From Negativicutes bacterium (lineage in GTDB: Bacteria; Bacillota; Negativicutes; UBA1444), in assembly GCA_963665275.2 (NCBI GenBank), contig CAXXIN010000003.1:176508-240507 (forward strand): a DNA stretch of 64,000 bases, given 5' to 3'. This document shows, in pieces, positions 39,786 through 49,796 of this stretch. The notes under the pieces are model-generated. The model saw only the letters and a program-made list of their open reading frames with translations. It was not told where the DNA came from and ran no database searches. Numbering within the stretch: the first letter of the stretch is position 1; each line of letters begins with the position of its first letter. A program made the translations under genes and the position numbers.

Positions 39786-41285
39786 CTAACGCAACTCATG
39801 CTGCAACTTCATCAATTCTTTCAGACTCGGATACAATTGACGATAAATAGCGCTGTGATTGGCATAAAAATCTACATTGTCTGGCCGTGGTTCAACAATT
39901 CTGCAATACTTCTCAAGACACGGTACCTCTTCGGCTTTCGCATAAATTCCTGCAGCCAACGCCCCCAGCATAGCGGCTCCGTAAGCGGCGGTATAGCCGG
40001 CTTCGATGGTGCGAATCTGTTTGTGCAGCAGATCAGCCCGAAGTTGGATCGCAAAGGCGCTCTTGGAAGCCCCGCCAACACACTTGATATATTCAGGTGA
40101 AACCTCCCAGCGTTCGCTGCCAATCCTATATATTTGCTGCATACCGTAGGCAACACCCTCATAGATGGCACGTAAAACATCTGCTTTATTCGTATTGATA
40201 TTCAAACCGAAAAATACGCCGCAGGCATGTGTATCGAACACCGGACTTCGCTCTCCGCATAGATAGGGAAGAAAGAACAAGCCTTTTGCACCAGGTTCGG
40301 CAGAAACGGCCAAATGTTCCAGGTCCCTTTCGCAGGGAATCTCCGGGAAGATATTTTTCAGCGCCCATTGGATAGAAGCGCCTGCCGTGCTCATCGCTCC
40401 ATGAGATAGCCACATCCCCGGGATTACGTGCCCGCGATTCATAAAGGCCGGGCTAAAGTTGGGCACGTTGAGGCAAAATGTGATGACTTCCGAAGTTCCC
40501 ATACTTTGGAATACATCGCCATGTTTATGGATCCCCAGAGCGAAACTGGTCGCCGCCGTATCAGCAGCGCCGATGGCCACCGGGATTCCCGACGGCAGCC
40601 CGAGTTCGCCGGCGATGCCAGCTTGCAATTCGCCCACCTTGCCAAAGGACGGGAGTATCTCCGGCAAATATCGTTCGCTGATGCCAAAAATGTCTAAAAA
40701 AGTTTGATCCCAAACATACGGATTTCGGACCTGCATTAATCCCGAGTAGGAGGATACTGTTGGATCCACAGCTAACTTACCGGTGAACTTTGCTCCTAAA
40801 TAGGTATTGAGAAAGCCGATGTGAACCGTTTTGTTCCAAGTGTCCGGCTCATTGTTTCGAATCCAGTTCACCGTTGCCGCTACGCAAGTGGATGGGCTTG
40901 GCTGATTCCCGACCCGGGAAAAGAACATATTGGCGCCGCCAAACAGTTCAACGCTTTGCTCAACCTCTTTGACACTTCGATTGTCAAGATAAATAATTCC
41001 AGGACGTATTGCTTCCTTATAAGCATCAAAGAATATCAATGTTGGAGACGAAACACTGAGGCCAATGGCTTGTACCTGTCCTTCGTAACCTGCTGCAACT
41101 TCTTTAACTGCCGCCTTTACCTCGCGGAAAAGCAGCTCCACGTCAATTTCAGCTTGATCGTTGGCAGGACTTGCAACCTTTACGGGAAAAGAAGCTTCCC
41201 TGATTAGGGAGCCTTGTAAAGTAAACAAGCAGGTTTTGACACTGCTGGTCCCTGCGTCAATCCCGATTAAGACACCTTTGTTCAT
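39786..41285 (-). CDS. FGGY-family carbohydrate kinase (xylulokinase-like)
   Basis: IGIDAGTSSVK, GAADTA, SMGTS, PYLCGERSP, RAIYEG, VGGASKS. Confidence 0.92.
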   Translation of the reverse strand: MNKGVLIGIDAGTSSVKTCLFTLQGSLIREASFPVKVASPANDQAEIDVELLFREVKAAVKEVAAGYEGQVQAIGLSVSSPTLIFFDAYKEAIRPGIIYLDNRSVKEVEQSVELFGGANMFFSRVGNQPSPSTCVAATVNWIRNNEPDTWNKTVHIGFLNTYLGAKFTGKLAVDPTVSSYSGLMQVRNPYVWDQTFLDIFGISERYLPEILPSFGKVGELQAGIAGELGLPSGIPVAIGAADTAATSFALGIHKHGDVFQSMGTSEVITFCLNVPNFSPAFMNRGHVIPGMWLSHGAMSTAGASIQWALKNIFPEIPCERDLEHLAVSAEPGAKGLFFLPYLCGERSPVFDTHACGVFFGLNINTNKADVLRAIYEGVAYGMQQIYRIGSERWEVSPEYIKCVGGASKSAFAIQLRADLLHKQIRTIEAGYTAAYGAAMLGALAAGIYAKAEEVPCLEKYCRIVEPRPDNVDFYANHSAIYRQLYPSLKELMKLQHELR

Positions 41286-41322
41286 GTTATGTCACCGCTT
41301 TTTTTGAAGTAATCATGCTAAT

Positions 41323-42090
41323 TTATGCAAGGATTATTTTGACCCCGGCATCTTCCAACTCTTTTTTCATGTCCGAGCCAATTCCGTCATCTGTGATAAG
41401 AACATCCACCCTTTCGATGGGACACACGCTCACCAACCCCGTTACTCCCAGTTTGCTGCTGTCAGCCACACAAATCAACTGACGGCTGATTTCAACCATC
41501 CTCTGACGGATTGGCAGGGCCTCAATGTCGTGTTTGGTAAGACCTTCTTGCGCCGTCAGTCCTATGACTCCCATCACACAAACCTGTGCGTGCATGCTTT
41601 GCAGCATCTGTTCGGCAAAACCTCCGTACAAGTTGTATGCATCAGCGTTCAGTATGCCGCCGGTCACCAGCACAGTGACGTTTTCTCGGTTGCGGAGTTC
41701 ATAGGCGATCTCGACACTGTCCGTGATCACGCGCAAGGACTTGGTGGGATTTAAGTGTCTGGCAACTTCCAGTGTAGTCGTTCCGGCGTCAAGAATCAGG
41801 CAACCTGCATCCATCACCATTTCAGCGGCTTTGGCGCCAATTCGCTCTTTTTGTTCGATGCTGCGCACAGCCCTGGACCGTCCATCCGCATCCAGCACCA
41901 GCGTATGCTGACCATAGCGGGCGCCGCCTCGGGTGCGCAGAATTTCTCCCTCTTCCTCCAGTTCGATTAAATCCCGTCGAACTGTCGAGGGAGAAATTTT
42001 CAGACGCTTTGTGAGCTCGTGAACCGACAATATTCCATTTTCAGCCAGTTCACGTCGAATCTTTTCTTTTCGCAAGTCTGCGAGCATCAT
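41323..42090 (-). CDS. DeoR/GlpR family regulator
   Basis: STVRRDLIELE, RTRGGA, LDAGTTT, ADSSK. Confidence 0.94.
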   Translation of the reverse strand: MMLADLRKEKIRRELAENGILSVHELTKRLKISPSTVRRDLIELEEEGEILRTRGGARYGQHTLVLDADGRSRAVRSIEQKERIGAKAAEMVMDAGCLILDAGTTTLEVARHLNPTKSLRVITDSVEIAYELRNRENVTVLVTGGILNADAYNLYGGFAEQMLQSMHAQVCVMGVIGLTAQEGLTKHDIEALPIRQRMVEISRQLICVADSSKLGVTGLVSVCPIERVDVLITDDGIGSDMKKELEDAGVKIILA

Positions 42091-42103
42091 CTTGCCACCT
42101 TTC

Positions 42104-43381
42104 CTACGCGAAGAACCATTTGACCGGCACGGTAATGAGTTGCGGGAACAAAACGAAAATAATCAAGGCTACTGCTGTAATAATCATCCATGGGATGGAA
42201 GCCTTTACTATTTCCTCGAATTTTAAGCCCGTCATGTTAACTGCAGCATAGAGGCATACTCCCACAGGAGGCGTTACCAAGCCGAAAGCCAGGGTGATAA
42301 CCATAAAAACGATAAAGTAAATCGGGTCAATGCCCACTTTCAGAATCGTCGGCAACAAAATTGGCGTGACGATGTAAATCGCGGCGGTGGCATCCATGAA
42401 CATGCCCACAATTACGAAAAACGCGTAGATAATCAGCATGATCAGTATCGGCTCCTGCGTGACATTGCCAATGGCAGTCGCCACCTGCCCAGGCAGACCA
42501 TCATATTCGAAAATCCAGCCAGCTGGCTTGGCAGTCACGGCGATAAAAAGTATGGTGCCCGTCAATCTTACCGTGCGGATGAAAATTTCGGGAAGTTGGC
42601 GCCACTTGATGCTCTTGTACACAAATAGCGAAACGGCCAACGTGTATAATACGGCTATCCCTGCGGCCTCAGTCGGGGTGAAGTGTCCTGAAAGCATGCC
42701 GCCAAGCAGGATTGCTGGAGTAAGCAGGGCTGGTATGGCGTTCAAAAATTCAGCACGGAGTTCGCGCGCGCTGAATTTCAGCACTGTACCATAGTTGTTC
42801 TTCCGGCAAACATAGTAATTGTACAGCATGAAAATGACGGCAATCAATACTCCCGGAATAATGCCGGCGAACAGCACCTGGCCGATGGAAACGTTGGCCA
42901 CCGACGCGGCGATAACCATCAGGATGCTCGGAGGAATAATCGTCGCCAGCATGGATGTGGTGAGAGCCAAGGCAGTGGCGTACCCAAGCGGATAGCCGTT
43001 TTTCGTCATCGCGCTGATGCTGATCCGGCCGACACTCGCAACATCCGCCACGGAAGACCCGGACATGCCCGCGAAGATAACGCTTGAAAAAACGGTTACA
43101 TTGCCCAATCCTCCACGCGACCAACCCAGCAGTGCATTGGCAAAACGAAATATTTTGTCGGCCACCCCGCCTTCATCCATGAGGATGCCGGACAAAATGA
43201 ACAAGGGTACGGCAACCATGATAAAACTATTCATCGAACTGAACATTGACTGTGTCATCAAATTCAAAGGAATATCTGTATACGTGAACAGCACAACGAC
43301 CGAGGAAATTCCCATCGCGATCGCCAGCGGAATGCCCAAAACCATCATCCCCAGAAAAAGCGCCAGTAGTGCCAGACTCAT
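42104..43381 (-). CDS. dctM: TRAP transporter large permease
   Basis: AVPLFILSG, SGSSVAD, IIPPSI, FTPTEAA, TPPVG. Confidence 0.95.
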   Translation of the reverse strand: MSLALLALFLGMMVLGIPLAIAMGISSVVVLFTYTDIPLNLMTQSMFSSMNSFIMVAVPLFILSGILMDEGGVADKIFRFANALLGWSRGGLGNVTVFSSVIFAGMSGSSVADVASVGRISISAMTKNGYPLGYATALALTTSMLATIIPPSILMVIAASVANVSIGQVLFAGIIPGVLIAVIFMLYNYYVCRKNNYGTVLKFSARELRAEFLNAIPALLTPAILLGGMLSGHFTPTEAAGIAVLYTLAVSLFVYKSIKWRQLPEIFIRTVRLTGTILFIAVTAKPAGWIFEYDGLPGQVATAIGNVTQEPILIMLIIYAFFVIVGMFMDATAAIYIVTPILLPTILKVGIDPIYFIVFMVITLAFGLVTPPVGVCLYAAVNMTGLKFEEIVKASIPWMIITAVALIIFVLFPQLITVPVKWFFA

Positions 43382-43382
43382 A

Positions 43383-43883
43383 TTACTCTCCGCCTTCCAA
43401 AAGGTGCGGGTGCAGAATTATATTCTCTGCTACACCCAGTATTCCCAGTATTGCAGACAGCGGCATAAATAAACCAACCAGCCACATCGGAATCATCCAG
43501 GCAGCGCCCATCTCGTTCATGGTGTACTGTTGGACGACAAGTTCGAACCCGGTATAAAACATGAAGCAAAAAAATCCGACCGAGGGAATCACATAGAACC
43601 ATCGTCCCAAGTTACGAACAGAGCGAGGAAACCAGTTCAGAAAGACGGTCACCCTGGCAGATTCCCCTTTACGAAATCCCATGCCAACTCCCAGATAGAC
43701 CATCCCAATGAAGAAGATGCGTGTGGCTTCTTCCGTCCATGGTGCGGGACTGTCGGCCAGGCGTCCAACAATCTGGATGGTGACTGCAGCCAAAATGGCG
43801 ACAATTAACAAGAACGCCATATAATCTGAAATCTTGTTGATCGCGCCGAAAAATTTTTCCGCCTTACTATTTTCGTTCTTCAT
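43383..43883 (-). CDS. dctQ: TRAP transporter small permease
   Basis: PWTEEATR motif, four TM segments, between dctP and dctM. Confidence 0.92.
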   Translation of the reverse strand: MKNENSKAEKFFGAINKISDYMAFLLIVAILAAVTIQIVGRLADSPAPWTEEATRIFFIGMVYLGVGMGFRKGESARVTVFLNWFPRSVRNLGRWFYVIPSVGFFCFMFYTGFELVVQQYTMNEMGAAWMIPMWLVGLFMPLSAILGILGVAENIILHPHLLEGGE

Positions 43884-43969
43884 AAGAATCTTCGCTGCCC
43901 CCTAAACTAAATATGGGCACAATGTGAGCGGAATGGAACCGTCTTAGGTCCCACTCCGCTCGCTTTTAT

Positions 43970-45007
43970 TTATTTGTCTTTGCCGACAAATTTCAGGGAC
44001 GAATTGAAGAAAGCATCGTCTTTTACCAGTGTGATAAATTTGGGATAGAGTTTTTTCGAGACCGCTACGAACGCTTTTTGTTGGTCGGCGGTCAATTCAT
44101 TCACTTCGACCTTCTTGTCTTTCAGGAATACAACAGCTTTTTGGTCTTCTGCCTTATCATAGGCAAGCTTCCAACCCTGCACTTCTTTCGCGGTGTCAGT
44201 CAGGAGTTTTTGTTGGTCAGGGGTCAGTTTGGCAAACTTGGCCGTATTCATTCCCACAACCCACGCATCCGCCATATGGTTGGAGATACTCAGGTACTTT
44301 TGCACCTCATAGAATTTGGCGCTCATCGGAATATCAACAGGATTTTCCTGCCCGTCGATCGTCTTCAGCTGCAATGCGTTGTAAACTTCGCCGAAGGCCA
44401 TGGGAGTCGGTACCGCCCCTGCTTCCTTGAAGAATTCCACCCACAGCGGGTTATTGGGAACGCGCAACTTGACCCCTTTCAGATCTTCCGGCGTCTGGAT
44501 TGGCCGTTTTGAATTGGTAATCTGACGGAAACTGCGTGTCCACAGTCCCAGTCCCTTGATGTTGAGTTTGTCGAGTCCGCCCAGAAGCTGTTGCCCAGGC
44601 TGATCATTCAAATATTTTAAAAATTGGTCGGTATTGTCAAACAGGTAAGGAATACTGATCATGTTGAAACTCGGTTGAAAATTGGCATAGAGAGAAGTGG
44701 AAAGCACCAACATGTCCAAGGTTCCACCGCCCAGTTGCTTCACGGCTGCCGATGGATCCGCGCCATACAGGGTCCCATTGGGGAAAACCTTGATTTCAAT
44801 GCTGCCTTTGCTTTTTTCGTTCACTCTCTTGGCATATTCCTTCGCGGCTGCAGTAATCGATGAGGTTTCGGGGTCAGGTGTCGCGAGATTCAACGTTACC
44901 TTGGCAGGCGCCGCCGGTGTTGCTGCCGGTTTCGTTCCGCCACCTCCGCAACCTATTGCTGCTACTGCAAATGCTAAAATGATCAACATAGAAACTGTTT
45001 TTTTCAC
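43970..45007 (-). CDS. dctP: TRAP substrate-binding lipoprotein
   Basis: Lipobox AIGC, FRQITNSKRPI, GVKLRV, EVYNALQ..IDGQENP. Confidence 0.95.
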   Translation of the reverse strand: MKKTVSMLIILAFAVAAIGCGGGGTKPAATPAAPAKVTLNLATPDPETSSITAAAKEYAKRVNEKSKGSIEIKVFPNGTLYGADPSAAVKQLGGGTLDMLVLSTSLYANFQPSFNMISIPYLFDNTDQFLKYLNDQPGQQLLGGLDKLNIKGLGLWTRSFRQITNSKRPIQTPEDLKGVKLRVPNNPLWVEFFKEAGAVPTPMAFGEVYNALQLKTIDGQENPVDIPMSAKFYEVQKYLSISNHMADAWVVGMNTAKFAKLTPDQQKLLTDTAKEVQGWKLAYDKAEDQKAVVFLKDKKVEVNELTADQQKAFVAVSKKLYPKFITLVKDDAFFNSSLKFVGKDK

Positions 45008-45276
45008 TTATAATTACCCCCTTCCAATTTTTACCCCTTTTAATTGTTGTTTTACTACCCCACCCTAATCGAGACCTTAACCCACCAACACCTCCAAACG
45101 AAATCTCGCACTTGCGATTATTGTGATAGTTCTAATTATTTGACGCATTTATTCAAATTCCTTCTTTATTGTTCAAAATAATTTATTTTATTTTGTTTTT
45201 AATTCAAATCGATTCATTTTCAACCATTTAATTTTTTCACACCAAATACCCAATCAGTTTTCGCGTCCATAAAATG

Positions 45277-45312
45277 ACTTGTAGCTTCCCTCTTACGAAG
45301 GAAGCTACAAGT
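45277..45312 (-). terminator. Hairpin terminator downstream of the lipase gene
   Basis: ACTTGTAGCTTCC-N10-GGAAGCTACAAGT 13-bp stem. Confidence 0.7.
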
Positions 45313-45399
45313 GTATAATTTTTATTTTCTATTCACCCAATGCGTCCAAAACACTTTCCCTTTTGTCCCGCTGTTACAGAATTCTTCGCCGAATCATAC

Positions 45400-46737
45400 T
45401 CAATCCTTTCTCTCGTTTGCAGGGACTCCCGAAGCGTTTTTCAGCCACACATCCCGGCGGCTATCGATTCCTTTGAAGGCATGAACAAAGGCTTCCAACG
45501 GAGTCAAATTATACGTTCCCGTAGAAAATTCGGCCACATCCGCCACGGTTCCCGAATGCACATCATATACGGTTTGATGAACGCTGATGTAGTAAACGGG
45601 CTTCTCCTGCCGAACTCTTACGGCTGCAACCTCCGGAACGATCAACCAACGACAATCGGCAGCAGCGGCGGCCTTCAACCAGGAACCGGATTTATCTGCA
45701 TTTCCCCAAATGCTGTTAGGAAATGAGGTTCGATATTCATCCTGCAAGGCCCGCTCCATATACCCGAGTTCGTCTGACAAAGCCGACGGCAACTTATTTT
45801 GCAGCGGAGCAATATATACCCGTTCGGAATTGACTTGTCGGTCATTAGCAATGAAAGACACCGCGACCGTTTTTTTGTCGTAGTAATTTTTCATGGCGGC
45901 ATCCACATAGGCGGCTATATAGTGTGGATCGTCCAGCATTGGGTGAAGCTTGTATTTGACCTCTTTGCCAAACTGGCGGTATCCGCCGACAAGTCCTTGC
46001 AGCAGCGTTACGACCGGATCACCGGCGATTACCACCCGGGTCAATTTCAGCACCGCATTGAATTTTTCTGCAAAAGCAGCATTCCCAACCGCTGGTGCGC
46101 CAAACGTAATGACTTCAATTTGTTCCGGCGATATGCCCATGTCCAGCAGACGGGCTCCGGCCAACGTTGCCGCAGCACCGCCCAAGCTATGTCCAGTCAA
46201 GTAAAGCTTGTTTCCGGGATTGCTCCGAAGCATTTCCAGCATGAGCAGTAGTGAATCTCCTTCACTGTGCATGATGGCGGATGGTCCGGCCTGCATAAAT
46301 TTATGGAATCCCTGATGGACTTTAGGCATTGTATCCGGTACGTCATTTTGAGCGGCATTCATAGCGAATTCTTCCAACGTACGTCCGGCAAAGTATACCT
46401 TACCAACCTGCAAGTCTAAATCCATATCTCGATCGGTTTCGGTGCCGACAATAGCCATAACAAAAACCTGTCGGTCTTTGTTTATAGTTTTTTCTGCGAT
46501 CAGAAATCGTGCGCCGCTGGCGCCATCCGGCTGTTTATAACGGTCAATCCGCCATCCATCCTGAGTCAGGTAACGGGTTGCCAGTTCCCCCATTCGGTCG
46601 TTATAGGCAGCCACACTGGCGCCAGCCGCAATGTAAATTTTGTAAGCTTCTGCCGATTCTTCCTGGGGACTGGCAAAAGAAACCGATGTCATGCACAGCA
46701 ATCCAATGGTCAAGAGTAACACCAGCCATTTTTTCAC
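45400..46737 (-). CDS. Secreted class 3 lipase-family alpha/beta hydrolase with extra C-terminal domain
   Basis: Signal peptide, VHQGF, TGHSLGGA nucleophile elbow, ITFGAPAVG, GDPV; GTGA overlap with the RND gene. Confidence 0.85.
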   Translation of the reverse strand: MKKWLVLLLTIGLLCMTSVSFASPQEESAEAYKIYIAAGASVAAYNDRMGELATRYLTQDGWRIDRYKQPDGASGARFLIAEKTINKDRQVFVMAIVGTETDRDMDLDLQVGKVYFAGRTLEEFAMNAAQNDVPDTMPKVHQGFHKFMQAGPSAIMHSEGDSLLLMLEMLRSNPGNKLYLTGHSLGGAAATLAGARLLDMGISPEQIEVITFGAPAVGNAAFAEKFNAVLKLTRVVIAGDPVVTLLQGLVGGYRQFGKEVKYKLHPMLDDPHYIAAYVDAAMKNYYDKKTVAVSFIANDRQVNSERVYIAPLQNKLPSALSDELGYMERALQDEYRTSFPNSIWGNADKSGSWLKAAAAADCRWLIVPEVAAVRVRQEKPVYYISVHQTVYDVHSGTVADVAEFSTGTYNLTPLEAFVHAFKGIDSRRDVWLKNASGVPANERKD

Positions 46738-49700
46738 AAAGCTCCCTCCCCTGAATCCGCTTTATACCAGGCGGCGTACATGACCGGCAACACCAGCAGG
46801 GTTAATATCGTAGCCACAAACAACCCCGCCCCAATGGCAACAGCCATCGGGCCCCAAAATATATTGGAAACCAAAGGGATCATCGCTAAAATAGCAGCGG
46901 CGGCCGTCAACAAAATGGGACGCATGCGAGTTATCGTAGCGTTAATGATGGAATCCCACATGTTTTCGCCGTTAGCGAGATGCTGGTCGATTTGGTCCAT
47001 CAGAATTACCGAGTTACGCATAATGATCCCAGAGAGAGCTAATATACCGAGCTGTACGACAAACCCTATCGGTTTTCCCGTTAGGAAAAGACCGACGGCA
47101 ACGCCAATAATCCCAAGCGGCGCGGTCAATAAGGTTAATACCATCTTGGAGATATTTTGCAGTTGCAACATCAAGAGAATCATAATGGTGAGAATCATTG
47201 CCGGCACAGGGGCGAATAACATTTCCGTGCCTTTGATGCTTTCTTCCGTTGCACCGTCATATTTGATACTGTAGCCGGGTGGTAGATTGTCGCGCAGTTC
47301 CTGGAGATTCTCGTATACCTTGCGGGTCACATCATCCCCGGTTACGCCTGGGGCTGTTTCCGCCCGCACAGTAATCGTCGGTTTCAAATTGCGTCGATAA
47401 ATCAAGCCGTCCTCGGCTTCAAAGCTTATTTGGGCAATCTGGTCCAGCGGCACATACTTGCCATTCCCGATGTGGATGGAAAGGTCCTTGATGCGGGCGG
47501 GATCATTCCTGGACTCGGCATCAAAACGAAAAACTAACGGGACGGTTTTGTCGTTTTCCCGAAACTCGGCAATGCTGGTCCCCGACAACTGAGTCTGGAG
47601 CGTGTCAGCCAAGGCTTGGGACGTGATCCCCAGTATGCGGGCTTTGTCTTGATTGACGGCCAAATGCATGATTTTGCTTTTTTCATTCCAGTTCATATTG
47701 ACATTTTTGGTGTCGGAATGAGCTTCCATCGCAGTTTTGACTTGTTTGGCGATCTCGCGCACTTTGTCATGGTCATACCCTTCCACGCGCAGCATGACCG
47801 GATAGTCGGCCGAAGTTCCGTTGCTGATTACTTTCGTATGGACCTGTACGCCGGGGAATTCTTCGCCTAACATTTTGCTGACCTTGGGCTGCAGTTCGTT
47901 ACGGGCGTCCGTATCTTTCGCCACAATAACAAACTCGGCAAAATTGGTTTTGTTGAAGGTAGGATCGAAGGTAAGGACAAAACGAGGCGCGCCTTCCCCC
48001 ACATGGTAGGTATAGTAGTCAATCAGGGGATTCTCATTCAGTTTCCGGGCCACTTCTCCGGCAACGGCTTCCGTATTTTTCAGGGAAGCGCCTTCCTGCA
48101 ATTTTAACTGCACAATCAGTTCAGGGCGGGTAGATGCAGGGAAAAACTCTTCTTTTACCAAGCCCAATACGCCAATGGATGCGATAAACAAGGCCAACGT
48201 AACAGATAGAACCAGTTTACGATGGTTTAGGCACCAGACGAGAGTTTGTTTAAACAAACGATAAAGCTTTGTATCATACACATGGTGTTCTTTACTTGCG
48301 TCCTTGGTTGGCGCAGGTTTGATCAGCAGGTATCCCAAGAGGGGAGTGACCATAGCGGCGACAACCCAGGACGTCAGCAGCGCAATGGTGATGACGGAAA
48401 AAATGGTGGCGCAAAATTCAGAGGCGCTGCCTTGCGCAAATCCGACAGGAATAAACCCGGCGCAGGTAATCAGGGTTCCCGTTAACATGGGAAACGCAGT
48501 GACGCTATAGGCGTAGGCGGCGGCGTCCATCCGCTCCCATCCCTGCTCCAACTTCACAGCCATCATCTCGATGACAATCATGGCATCATCGACCAGCAGC
48601 CCCAGCGCGATGATGAGGGCGCCAAGCGATATGCGCTGCAGCTCGGTGTTCATGATGTACATGATCGTAAAAACGACAGCCAAAACAAGCGGAATGCAGA
48701 GTGCGACGATGAAGCCCGGACGTACGCCGAGACTGGCAAAACTAACGATGAAAATAATTAAAATCGCTTCTGCAAGTGATCTCACAAATTCGCCAATGGA
48801 AGCGTCTACAATTTTCGGTTGATAAACGGTTTGATGGATTTCCAGTCCGGCCGGAAGATCCTTCTTGATTTTGGCGATGGTGTCGTCCAAATTATTTCCC
48901 AGGGTAAGAATGTTTTCCCCTGGCTCCATAGCCACTGCAACCCCCACGGCAGGTTGTCCATTGTAAAAAAACTTGGGGTCTGACGGCTCGACATAGGCGC
49001 GCGTGACTTTGGCGATGTCTCCCAGGCGGAAAGTGCGTCCGCCAGCCGTGATGGGAATGGTTCGGATGTCCTCTACCTTTTCAAACATCCCGGTGATCCG
49101 CAAATGGACATTATCGGTTGCTGTTTCAATCATTCCGGTTGCCGCCATGGCATTTTGCGCCTGAATGGTGCTGGCAATCAGCGCAGGGTCGATGCCCAGC
49201 TGAGCCATTTTGCTGTTTGCAATTTCGATGTAAATGCTTTCCGTTTGTGTGCCCAGCAATTGAACTTTTTTGACGCTGGGAACGTCCCGGAGAACGCGGC
49301 GGATATTCTCCGCCTTTTCCCGCATTTCTTCATAGGTATAGCCATCGCTGGTGAGCGCGTAAACAATCCCGAATACTTCGTCAAAGCGGTCATTAAACTG
49401 TGGCGGTTGAACCCCGGCGGGGAGAGTGGCCGACATGTCGTTGACCATGTTGCGGGCTTCCAGCCATTTGGCTCGAACGTCTTTTTTGAGAACTGCATCT
49501 TTTAAGTTGACGAAAATAACAGTCTGTCCTGGCGTAGAATAGCTCTGCAAGTAATCCAGTCCAGGCAAATCCTGCAACTTTTTTTCCACTTTGTCTGTGA
49601 TCTGCTCTTCCATTTGACGTGCAGTGGCTCCCGGCCAAGCTACACTAACCACCATTTGTTTAATGGTGAAGTCCGGATCTTCCATGCGCCCTAAATTTGC

Positions 49701-49796
49701 ATAAGAGAATATGCCGGTCACAAAAAAGAGCGCTATGAAAAAATAAACAACTTGCTTATGCTGTAGTGCCCATTCAGCGAGGTTAAACCCTTTCAT
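46734..49796 (-). CDS. RND efflux permease (AcrB/AcrD/AcrF family)
   Basis: FNLAEWAL, GRMEDPDF, GLLVDDAM, RMRPILLTAAA. Confidence 0.95.
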   Translation of the reverse strand: MKGFNLAEWALQHKQVVYFFIALFFVTGIFSYANLGRMEDPDFTIKQMVVSVAWPGATARQMEEQITDKVEKKLQDLPGLDYLQSYSTPGQTVIFVNLKDAVLKKDVRAKWLEARNMVNDMSATLPAGVQPPQFNDRFDEVFGIVYALTSDGYTYEEMREKAENIRRVLRDVPSVKKVQLLGTQTESIYIEIANSKMAQLGIDPALIASTIQAQNAMAATGMIETATDNVHLRITGMFEKVEDIRTIPITAGGRTFRLGDIAKVTRAYVEPSDPKFFYNGQPAVGVAVAMEPGENILTLGNNLDDTIAKIKKDLPAGLEIHQTVYQPKIVDASIGEFVRSLAEAILIIFIVSFASLGVRPGFIVALCIPLVLAVVFTIMYIMNTELQRISLGALIIALGLLVDDAMIVIEMMAVKLEQGWERMDAAAYAYSVTAFPMLTGTLITCAGFIPVGFAQGSASEFCATIFSVITIALLTSWVVAAMVTPLLGYLLIKPAPTKDASKEHHVYDTKLYRLFKQTLVWCLNHRKLVLSVTLALFIASIGVLGLVKEEFFPASTRPELIVQLKLQEGASLKNTEAVAGEVARKLNENPLIDYYTYHVGEGAPRFVLTFDPTFNKTNFAEFVIVAKDTDARNELQPKVSKMLGEEFPGVQVHTKVISNGTSADYPVMLRVEGYDHDKVREIAKQVKTAMEAHSDTKNVNMNWNEKSKIMHLAVNQDKARILGITSQALADTLQTQLSGTSIAEFRENDKTVPLVFRFDAESRNDPARIKDLSIHIGNGKYVPLDQIAQISFEAEDGLIYRRNLKPTITVRAETAPGVTGDDVTRKVYENLQELRDNLPPGYSIKYDGATEESIKGTEMLFAPVPAMILTIMILLMLQLQNISKMVLTLLTAPLGIIGVAVGLFLTGKPIGFVVQLGILALSGIIMRNSVILMDQIDQHLANGENMWDSIINATITRMRPILLTAAAAILAMIPLVSNIFWGPMAVAIGAGLFVATILTLLVLPVMYAAWYKADSGEGAL

